Positions 16,524 through 24,066 of a DNA stretch of 24,066 bases are shown here, piece after piece. The notes under the pieces are model-generated. The model saw only the letters and a program-made list of their open reading frames with translations. It did no database searches and was not told the origin of the DNA. Made by a program: the position numbers and the translations under genes. The stretch is from a virus (taxonomy: Duplodnaviria > Caudoviricetes): IMG/VR virus record IMGVR_UViG_3300020399_000009, positions 1 to 24,066 of that record; one strand, written 5' to 3'. Each line of letters opens with the position of its first letter. Within the stretch, counting starts at the first letter, position 1.

Positions 16524-18121
16524 TGGATAAAAGATTCTGGAAAGGAATGGCCTACCGTACCGCCCTTAAGCGCAATGACAAGCTATTGGTGGGGAATATT
16601 GACAACGAGCAGCCTGAGTATATAGACGTTAGTGAAATTCTGAAGGCACTTACTACTGATGATCTTAGTGAAGGAGTAAATGCTAAGTATATGACTGCTG
16701 GCGAGCGTAGCAAGTTGGGAGCACTGCCTTCGTCTGCTTTGTCAGCTACGCAAATTGCACAAGGATATTACCCGCTTAATTCTAATCCCTCTGGTTATTT
16801 AACTGCTGCTAGTTCGCTCAGTTCGTCAAAACTTAGCGGTATGATTGCCGGTAGTATAATACCTGATCTCGATGCGGCTAAGATCGTGAGCGGCAATTTT
16901 GCAGCTGCACGTATAGGTGATTTGCCAGCATCGAAGGTAACAAGCGGCGTATTTAGTGTTAATCGCATACCTGATTTGCCTGCCTCAAAAATTACAGGCT
17001 TATCTGGAGAATTGGGTAACTATATCCCAACCAATCAAAAAGGCGCAGCTCTGGGTGTTACTCCACTTGATGAGAACGTCAAAATAGGGTTAGGTTATAT
17101 TCCTAATTTGGATGCCGCTAAAATAACAAGTGGAGTATTTGCAGACGCCCGTATTCCTGACAGTGTCCTACGTCGTGGTGAAATAGATCAACCATTGGGT
17201 GTTACGGGTCTGGATGAAAACGGAAAGGTGCGTATAGGAGCGTTACCTGATTCTATTCTAGGACAAGTAAAGTATGTGAGTACTTGGAATGCAGAAACAA
17301 ATATTCCTGAGCTTCCAGCAGCTAACGGTATTTGGGGCACGGGTGAAAAATATGAGGGTCTACCCGTTGATAGCTGCTTTTTTATAGTGGAAGTTGAAGG
17401 CGTCTATGAAGGTGTTGAATATAATACAGGAGACTGGATCATTAGCGATGGTGCGGTATGGAAAAAAGTAGATAACAGTGACGCCGTCACAACGGTATTT
17501 GGGCGTTTGGGTAATATCGTTGCTAATGAGACGGATTATGAAAGCTTTTACCCTAAGTTATCAGCAAGCTACTCCAACCCTTCTTGGATAAGTAGCCTGA
17601 CGCTTTCAAAAATTACCGGTTTATCAGATGCCCTAGCCGACAAAGTATCAACTACAGCTACCTACGCAAACCCCACTTGGATTACATCATTAGCTTTTTC
17701 AAAAATTACGGGAGTACCTGATTTTGCGCTTACCAGCGCGTTAAGTGCTTACGAGCCTACATTCACAAAAAATCAAGCTTTCAACAAGAATTTCGGAACA
17801 ACCGCGGGAACGGTGCTTGAGGGAATTAAAGACGGTACATACCTAAAAAAATCAGCTGTAGAAGAAGTTGTACTAAAAGATGATACCTCTAGGTCTATTA
17901 TGATAGGTAAAGAATTTGATGAAACTACATCAGAGTATCTTACCTGTGGTGAGCTAAATACACAAGGATATACTACGGCTAATGGATATGTTCAAGGTTC
18001 TGAAATTATCTGTAGAAATACTTCTAATGGATATGTTAGATATGAGAAAATGAGTGATGATAATAACGACTGGCTTGTATTTCACAATACTAATGGCTGG
18101 CAAATCTTACCTGTAATATAA
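16523..18121 (+). CDS. Tail fibre-like repeat protein
   Basis: PDLDAAKIxSGxF...RI repeats, GVTxLDENxK repeats, YxNPxWIxSLxxSKITG repeats. Confidence 0.7.
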   Translation: MDKRFWKGMAYRTALKRNDKLLVGNIDNEQPEYIDVSEILKALTTDDLSEGVNAKYMTAGERSKLGALPSSALSATQIAQGYYPLNSNPSGYLTAASSLSSSKLSGMIAGSIIPDLDAAKIVSGNFAAARIGDLPASKVTSGVFSVNRIPDLPASKITGLSGELGNYIPTNQKGAALGVTPLDENVKIGLGYIPNLDAAKITSGVFADARIPDSVLRRGEIDQPLGVTGLDENGKVRIGALPDSILGQVKYVSTWNAETNIPELPAANGIWGTGEKYEGLPVDSCFFIVEVEGVYEGVEYNTGDWIISDGAVWKKVDNSDAVTTVFGRLGNIVANETDYESFYPKLSASYSNPSWISSLTLSKITGLSDALADKVSTTATYANPTWITSLAFSKITGVPDFALTSALSAYEPTFTKNQAFNKNFGTTAGTVLEGIKDGTYLKKSAVEEVVLKDDTSRSIMIGKEFDETTSEYLTCGELNTQGYTTANGYVQGSEIICRNTSNGYVRYEKMSDDNNDWLVFHNTNGWQILPVI

Positions 18122-19740
18122 TGGCAGCTTCAATTAATAGTATAGATAGATTTCCTACAACTAATAATGATTTAGTTGAAGTAGGTAACAGAATTTTTTT
18201 ATGTAGAAATACAGGAAGTTTGATTTTAGAATTAGAGGTAAATGGAACGCATTTTCCTTCTCTAAGTGGTAACTACAATTTCGCATTTTCTGTTTTTGAA
18301 TGTACCAATATTTTCGGAAAATCTGGCTCAATATTTATAGACTACGCTGATGGCACTGGTGAACACGAATATCCTTTTAAAGAGAGCACAGACTTTAAGA
18401 TGAGGTTGGCTAAGACAGCAAATAATCAACTACCACCAAATCCTACAAGGGCAGATTATAGTGAAATTGGCTTCTATAATTATCCCATATATTTTTTTGA
18501 TGATATTGACCCAAGTGTTCCAATTGATGATAATTACCCAGTTACTCGAAAAATAAAAATACGATTCCCAAGGTTCCAAGATTTATTAATTTTTAATTTA
18601 AGATATACTGGGTTATTAGGAGAATTACCAAGTGCGATTGGTAGGTTTAGAAATCTAGATAGTTTATCAATATTTAGATCAGAAAATCTAGATAGTTTAG
18701 GAAGTGATTTTGATAAAGTTTTTTGTAAAAACTTAACTTTAGGAGGGTTAGGATTTTCATTTTCTGTAGGTATACCGGAATTTATACTGAACTCAAATAG
18801 TTTAGAATATGTAAACCTTAACAGTGCAGTAACTCTTAGCGGAACAAATTCAGAATCTAAACTAGATAGATTCTTTTCCAATGAGTTACCTAATTTAAAT
18901 GGGTTTGATTTATCTAGTACAAAAATAGACACACGAATACCAGATTTCCATAAAGATATTACTGGTGAAATTGGTTTTTCGGGTCAAAATACATCAGGCT
19001 TTTTATTTTCTAATAATCTATCTAACTGGAAAGGTAGCTTATCTATCAGTAACTCAACAAGTTTACCTGATTCAGAAATTGTTAGAGTTTTAGAAGATTC
19101 TTCTATAACAAGTTTTAACGCTGTATCTAATAGTTTTAACTTAGATATTATAACAACTGAAATAAACACCACTATAAGGTTACTAATATTAGGTAGAGGA
19201 GATAGTTTTGGAGGGTCATTACCTTCTTTTTTAGGCAATTTAACAGCTTTAGATAGTCTTTATTTTGGTGATTTTGGAAATGGGCAAGATTTCCCACAGT
19301 TAAAGTTTTACGGTAATAACCCTTTACCTAATTCCTTATCACATTTACAACTTTCAAAAAATACAGATTTAGAAGTAACTGTACCTACTTGGTTTGGCAC
19401 ACTAAATTTAAATCGTTTTCAGTCTTGGTCTTGGCAAACTCAAAGTAGAATAAATACTCACGTTGAAAATTTCTATTCTGTCGTAGAATCCACTAATGCT
19501 ATGACGGGTAGCACATACTTAAGAGGGTTGGATTACCAGTTGGTCAACACAAACTTAAATCTAAATACCAACCCTAGACCTTCTGGAACCTATGAAGCAC
19601 CTACAGGTTACATTCAAGGGTCAGCTAATGGAACACCAACAAGCCCAATGCAGGCTATATATGTGTTAGTAAATCAATATAACATGACTGTTACTGTTTT
19701 AAATGAACTTGGTAACGGCAAAGACATTTATACACCATGA
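18121..19740 (+). CDS. Leucine-rich-repeat protein in tail module (possible receptor-binding or accessory protein)
   Basis: LLGELPSAIGRFRNLDSLSI, FGGSLPSFLGNLTALDSLYF, LPNLNGFDLSST; low GC. Confidence 0.7.
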   Translation: MAASINSIDRFPTTNNDLVEVGNRIFLCRNTGSLILELEVNGTHFPSLSGNYNFAFSVFECTNIFGKSGSIFIDYADGTGEHEYPFKESTDFKMRLAKTANNQLPPNPTRADYSEIGFYNYPIYFFDDIDPSVPIDDNYPVTRKIKIRFPRFQDLLIFNLRYTGLLGELPSAIGRFRNLDSLSIFRSENLDSLGSDFDKVFCKNLTLGGLGFSFSVGIPEFILNSNSLEYVNLNSAVTLSGTNSESKLDRFFSNELPNLNGFDLSSTKIDTRIPDFHKDITGEIGFSGQNTSGFLFSNNLSNWKGSLSISNSTSLPDSEIVRVLEDSSITSFNAVSNSFNLDIITTEINTTIRLLILGRGDSFGGSLPSFLGNLTALDSLYFGDFGNGQDFPQLKFYGNNPLPNSLSHLQLSKNTDLEVTVPTWFGTLNLNRFQSWSWQTQSRINTHVENFYSVVESTNAMTGSTYLRGLDYQLVNTNLNLNTNPRPSGTYEAPTGYIQGSANGTPTSPMQAIYVLVNQYNMTVTVLNELGNGKDIYTP

Positions 19741-19934
19741 GAATAATCATAATACACGACGGAATTAAGATTAAATCAGTTCACTTAGCAACTGAAAATA
19801 CCACAATCATAGGTAGCTCATCTTTTATAGTTGACGATGTAGATAAGGCTACAGCACAGGCTACTGAATACCCGTTACAAGAATTGAATAAAATTACTGA
19901 TTTTATAGCAGAGATTGAAACTATGAATAAGTAA
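19737..19934 (+). CDS. Small hypothetical protein coupled to the LRR gene
   Basis: ATGA overlap; 65 aa; same low-GC composition. Confidence 0.6.
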   Translation: MRIIIIHDGIKIKSVHLATENTTIIGSSSFIVDDVDKATAQATEYPLQELNKITDFIAEIETMNK

Positions 19935-19969
19935 GTACAAAAATTAGTGAATTTGAAAAAAACAATAAA

Positions 19970-20170
19970 ATGAATCACTTAGAAATTATCGCAAACGCAT
20001 TAAACCAAGCAGGAAAAAACGGGGCTTTTACCGGTCGTGAAGCTCAGTATTATTTAAATGTATTTGACGCACATGCTCAAGAGGTCGAAACGCTTAGTAA
20101 ATCAAGTCTTGAGCAACAAAAACGAATAAAAGAACTGGAGACCCAGATCACCAATACTAAAACACAATGA
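19970..20170 (+). CDS. Small coiled-coil protein (possible fibre assembly chaperone)
   Basis: A-rich start region; ATGA overlap with the next gene; LEQQKRIKELETQI heptads. Confidence 0.6.
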   Translation: MNHLEIIANALNQAGKNGAFTGREAQYYLNVFDAHAQEVETLSKSSLEQQKRIKELETQITNTKTQ

Positions 20171-22935
20171 ATTTAAGTATCTATCGCAACGCTCAGGAAG
20201 TCGGTAAGCTTACGCTAGACGATCGCACGGTGTTCACTCATAAACTTATGGGTGAGCATAAGATCGTTGCAGATAGTATTGCTCACGCTCCGCTGGCCAT
20301 ACAGTTGGGGGACTATATCGAGTGGCTCAATGAGCGGTATTATATTAATACAGCTCCAAGCCTAGAGAAGATCAATAACTTCACCTATCGTTATGTTATC
20401 GAGTTTGAAGGTGAAGTTTACCGTTTGTATAATAAAATCTTTATGGATGAGGGGCAGGCCTCATTTAGTTACCACGGTGATCCGCAGCTCTTTCTTGAAT
20501 TGCTATTAACCAACATCAATAGCATCGATGCCGGTTGGTATATTGAGAATGTAGAAGATGCAACGGCACAAACGCTGTCATTTTCTGATACCAGCTGCCG
20601 AGAAGCATTAACGCAAATTGCAGAGGCTTTTGGGATGGAATTCAGCATCGTGGCTAAAGGCATCTATTTGCAAAAAACCGTAGGCGCCGAGACCACCTTA
20701 CAATTTGAATACGGGCGCGGCAAAGGTCTTTATAACTTACAGCGCAATCGCATTGACGATAAGAATGTAGTAACACGTGTATATGGCTTTGGTGCACGAA
20801 AAAATCTCGACCAGGACTATCGCGACGGTGCAACACGTCTCGTATTTGAAGACCGCTATCTTGAGCAAAATACGGAGCTATATGGCGTGCGTGAAGGTTC
20901 GGTAACTTTTGACGAGGTCTACCCACAACGCACTGGTACCGTCACCGGCATTGATGCTGAAGACCGCCGGATCATTAAGGACACAGACCTTAATTTTAAT
21001 GTAAATGAATACCTTCTGGAAGGAACCGTAGCGAAAATCGTTTTTAAGACAGGTACACTTGCCGGCTATGAATTTGAGATTGAATACTACCGTCATCCAG
21101 ACAAAGAAATTCGCTTTAATCCATTTGTTGAAGAGAACGGCTACACGTTGCCCAATGATTTGAACTACCCTGAGGCGGGTGACGAATATACGCTCGTTGA
21201 TATCAAAATGCCGGAGGCTTATATCATAGCAGCTGAGGCAGAACTGCAAACCCAAACACAGACTTATTTAGAAGAAAACAGCGCACCTCGTGTGATGTAT
21301 GATCTTAATCTGGATGAAAAGTATGTACGCGAACGCGGCATAGATTTGCACGTTGGTAATATTGTGGGTGTGCTGGATGCACAGCTTGGCGTTGATGCAA
21401 AAATACGAGTTGTAGAAGTAAGCTATCCTCTTGTGAATCCTGATGCGGTTACAGCAGTGATTGCTGATAGCATTCCGTATACCATTCAAGAGCGCCTTGT
21501 GGCCAATGCTGTAGAAAACCGTACCGAAATACGAGACGTAGATCGTGAACGTATAGAACTGGCCAGACGTTCCGCTTTACGTTTTAGAAACCTTCAGGAC
21601 TTGATCTTTGACCCGGACGGATACTTTGATCCTGAAAATATCAAGCCGCTCAGTATTGAGACCTTGATGCTTAGCGTAGGTGCCAAGTCTCAAAACTTCG
21701 GCCTTATAGGGGTAAGCATTGAGGCCAATGCTGATGGCAATGCAAACACCCTAAGCATAAGCGGCGGTCAGTTGGCACACTATGAAATAGAAATAGAAGA
21801 GCTGGGCTATGTTTGGAACATAGACCCTGTTGTATTTCCTGATCTCGATCCTGTTAAGCCTTATTATGTTTATGCGCGTTGCTCAACCACTTCTTTAACC
21901 GGAGAATGGACGATAAGCGAGGAGCCACAACGTGTAGATGCTGAAGCCGGCAAATACTTATTTAATTTGGGTGTTTTATATCCTGTTACAGATGGACGTC
22001 GTGATTTTGACTTTACAAACGGGATGACTTTTATAAATGGAGATACCATCACCACAGGACGCATCAAAAGTCTTGACGGTTTAAATTTCTTTGATTTAAG
22101 TGAAGGTAAGTTCAAAATCGGCAATGAGGATAGTTCGCTAGACTTCAACGTCACAGAAGAGGGCAAGTTAACCCTTAAGGGCGTTTTAGTATCAAGTCTG
22201 ATTTTAGCCGATACTGCTGCAATAGGTAATTTGACCGTGCGAAATTTACGTACACGAGATGAAGGCAGACGGGTTGAGATTACAGAGGCGACCAATGCAG
22301 TAACGCTTTTTGACGAAGATGGTAATTACGTAACGACACTTGATGATCAAGTTGACGAGAATTTTGTACAGCAGCGCCTTGCAGGCTTAAAAGCCCGTAA
22401 CCCGAACAATGAACGACAATCAACTATAACAGGTAACGGAATGCGTACTGATGGGTCGGGTATATATATTGATGCTCCCGGGGCTTCTGGTAGGGCTTCA
22501 ATCTATGCGAAATATGCTGGAGCAAAAAATGGAGACAGTGCAGCTATTGCCGGTTATGCTCCTACAGGTACAGGTCTAGCGGGTTTATTTGTTGGTGGTC
22601 TGAAAATCACAGGAGCAAACGGATTGTACTTAAGCAGCTCTATGCATTATAATACGCGTAGAATATCGACGTCGGTAACACTAACGAGCCGCGATCATTT
22701 TGTGTCTTGCTACAATACACAGACTATAACTGTTTATTTACCCAGAAGCCCTGAAGTAGGCAGACACATCGAGATTAGAAGAATAAATGATGCTGCGGTT
22801 GCTGTAAAATCTGCTGACAGACGAATGCTTCAAGCAGGACAAGAATCAACCATTTATGTAGGTGGAGGCCGAGGCGATACGGCTCATTTTGTATACGACG
22901 GTCAATATTGGCTATATAATCATATGAACCGATAA
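20167..22935 (+). CDS. Tail tip / hub (Tal-like, prophage tail spike) protein
   Basis: 922 aa; CREALTQIAEAFGMEF, FEYGRGKGL, VVTRVYGFG motifs; Gly-rich beta C-terminal extension. Confidence 0.8.
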   Translation: MNLSIYRNAQEVGKLTLDDRTVFTHKLMGEHKIVADSIAHAPLAIQLGDYIEWLNERYYINTAPSLEKINNFTYRYVIEFEGEVYRLYNKIFMDEGQASFSYHGDPQLFLELLLTNINSIDAGWYIENVEDATAQTLSFSDTSCREALTQIAEAFGMEFSIVAKGIYLQKTVGAETTLQFEYGRGKGLYNLQRNRIDDKNVVTRVYGFGARKNLDQDYRDGATRLVFEDRYLEQNTELYGVREGSVTFDEVYPQRTGTVTGIDAEDRRIIKDTDLNFNVNEYLLEGTVAKIVFKTGTLAGYEFEIEYYRHPDKEIRFNPFVEENGYTLPNDLNYPEAGDEYTLVDIKMPEAYIIAAEAELQTQTQTYLEENSAPRVMYDLNLDEKYVRERGIDLHVGNIVGVLDAQLGVDAKIRVVEVSYPLVNPDAVTAVIADSIPYTIQERLVANAVENRTEIRDVDRERIELARRSALRFRNLQDLIFDPDGYFDPENIKPLSIETLMLSVGAKSQNFGLIGVSIEANADGNANTLSISGGQLAHYEIEIEELGYVWNIDPVVFPDLDPVKPYYVYARCSTTSLTGEWTISEEPQRVDAEAGKYLFNLGVLYPVTDGRRDFDFTNGMTFINGDTITTGRIKSLDGLNFFDLSEGKFKIGNEDSSLDFNVTEEGKLTLKGVLVSSLILADTAAIGNLTVRNLRTRDEGRRVEITEATNAVTLFDEDGNYVTTLDDQVDENFVQQRLAGLKARNPNNERQSTITGNGMRTDGSGIYIDAPGASGRASIYAKYAGAKNGDSAAIAGYAPTGTGLAGLFVGGLKITGANGLYLSSSMHYNTRRISTSVTLTSRDHFVSCYNTQTITVYLPRSPEVGRHIEIRRINDAAVAVKSADRRMLQAGQESTIYVGGGRGDTAHFVYDGQYWLYNHMNR

Positions 22936-22961
22936 ACCCTACGGAGGAGCGGTTAAAAAGA

Positions 22962-23074
22962 GTCCTCCAGCATTTTAAAATCTCTGACCATTCTAAAAAC
23001 ACGAGCCACAAGGCTACTGGAGGACATAAGTCTTTCCGGTTGCTTTGTGGCTTTTCGTGTTTAAATGGTCAGAG
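22962..23074. ncRNA. Structured RNA element upstream of the methyltransferase (cis leader on + and/or antisense sRNA on -)
   Basis: Long hairpin 22982-23074 plus competing 9-bp helix GTCCTCCAG (22962-22970)/CTGGAGGAC (23017-23025); - strand TATTTTTG at 23085-23078. Confidence 0.6.
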
Positions 23075-23113
23075 CGACAAAAATAAACATTCATCAATCA
23101 AACACTAATAACA

Positions 23114-23944
23114 ATGCAGAAATTTAAATCGGCGCCCTTGCCGTTTCAGGGGCAAAAAAGAAATTTTGTAAAAGAGTACAGCGAGGCTTTAAAGAAATTC
23201 CCGGCAGATGCTATTTACGTAGACCTGTTTGGTGGCTCAGGCTTGCTCAGTCGAGTAACAAAGGACGTGCATCCTGAAGCACGAGTGATCTATAATGATT
23301 TTGACAACTTCAGCGCACGGCTAAAAGCGATACCTCAAACCAACTTATTGCTTGCTAAATTGCGGCAAATTACTGCCCGTGTGCCACGTCAAAGTAAAAT
23401 CCCAACGGACATAAAGAAGCGAATAATTGAAGCCGTAAAAACGCACGAGAATACGTTTGGGTATTTAGATTACATCACGTTGTCAAGCTCGATACTCTTC
23501 TCAGGTAAATATGCTACAAGCTTTAAAGAGTTGAGCAGCGCTACAATGTACAACACGGTAAGAAAGTCTGATATAACTCAAGCCGTGGGATATTTAGAAG
23601 GACTTGAAGTTGTAAGCAAGGATTATAAAGAGGTTTATCAGCAGTTTAAAAGCGACAATACGGTTTATCTGCTTGATCCACCGTACCTAAGCACAAACAC
23701 CGCCACTTATGGAAGTGATAAGTATTGGAAGCTTAAGGACTACCTTGATATTTTGGAGCTACTGGAAGGCTCGAAATACTTTTATTTCACCTCAAATAAA
23801 TCAAGCATCGTCGAACTTATGGAACGGTTTGAGACCACCACACTTGTTTCTAATCCTTTCAAGTGGTCAACGACCACCACCAGAGAGAACCCGGTCAATT
23901 ATCAGCATAAATATGATGATATTATGATCTACAAGCAGGATTAA
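23114..23944 (+). CDS. DNA adenine methyltransferase (D12 class, Dam-like, orphan)
   Basis: PLPFQGQK, YVDLFGGSG (SAM binding), IYND, DPPY catalytic motif. Confidence 0.9.
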   Translation: MQKFKSAPLPFQGQKRNFVKEYSEALKKFPADAIYVDLFGGSGLLSRVTKDVHPEARVIYNDFDNFSARLKAIPQTNLLLAKLRQITARVPRQSKIPTDIKKRIIEAVKTHENTFGYLDYITLSSSILFSGKYATSFKELSSATMYNTVRKSDITQAVGYLEGLEVVSKDYKEVYQQFKSDNTVYLLDPPYLSTNTATYGSDKYWKLKDYLDILELLEGSKYFYFTSNKSSIVELMERFETTTLVSNPFKWSTTTTRENPVNYQHKYDDIMIYKQD

Positions 23945-23947
23945 TTT

Positions 23948-23988
23948 AAAAGCCCTTTAAACATCTTTTAAAGGGCTTTTGTATTTTT
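23948..23988. terminator. Bidirectional intrinsic terminator
   Basis: AAAAGCCCTTTAAA-catct-TTTAAAGGGCTTTT, 14-bp perfect stem with A/T ends, then GTATTTTT. Confidence 0.75.
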
Positions 23989-23991
23989 GTA

Positions 23992-24035
23992 GAAAATGTA
24001 CTTTTCGATTTCGGAAAGTGTACAATTTGAATTCG
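23992..24035. repeat. Tandem 22-bp imperfect repeats, probable transposase-binding sites of the right end
   Basis: GAAAATGTACTTTTCGATTTCG / GAAAGTGTACAATTTGAATTCG, 17 of 22 identical. Confidence 0.65.
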
Positions 24036-24066
24036 CGATTATAGTTTCAACTTTAAAAAAGACAGT

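Larger units (their letters stand above)
1..24043. mobile_element. Mu-like transposable prophage (siphovirus-type tail), late region and probable right end; continues left of the window
   Basis: Mu gp29/gp30/gp31/gp36/gp37-like gene set, protease-scaffold, tail module with no sheath gene, DNA-modification gene in terminal position, tandem 22-bp repeats at 23992-24035. The transposase is not in the window. Confidence 0.88.

Noticed and set aside
17979-18037. 14-nt direct repeat CTAATGGATATGTT, 45 nt apart
   Set aside because: Explained by a short in-frame peptide duplication (NGYV) in AT-rich DNA; not a CRISPR or att site.
16523-22935. Diversity-generating retroelement or invertible tail-fibre segment
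   Set aside because: No reverse transcriptase, invertase, adenine-variant repeat pair or flanking inverted sites seen in the window.
1065-23927. Remaining short antisense or out-of-frame ORFs in the track
   Set aside because: Shadows of well-supported genes with no independent start context or motifs.

Overview
The window is the late (morphogenesis) half and probable right end of a Mu-like transposable prophage with a non-contractile tail. The host is most likely Bacteroidota, judged from TAnnTTTG-type promoter boxes and A-rich, Shine-Dalgarno-less start regions. A leftward packaging operon (TerS, TerL, gp36-like, portal-MuF-PBECR-nuclease fusion, gpG-like, gp37-like) diverges from a rightward operon. 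The rightward operon encodes protease/scaffold, capsid, holin-endolysin-spanin, tail tube, chaperone G/GT, tape measure, Dit-like protein, fibre, a low-GC LRR cassette and the tail tip. A D12-class adenine methyltransferase sits in the position of Mu mom, followed by tandem 22-bp end repeats. The strongest candidate for a new system is the portal-MuF-nuclease locus. It has a canonical-looking -1 frameshift signal (U UUU UUU, 6-nt spacer, GC hairpin) at the portal/MuF junction, and a convergent ~125-nt structured RNA with its own promoter and terminator where an immunity gene would be expected. Other notable signals are a two-state RNA structure ahead of the methyltransferase, a hydrophobic leader on the capsid protein, and 11-bp-phased TTTAA triads. 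All family assignments come from motif recognition by eye; no searches were run.
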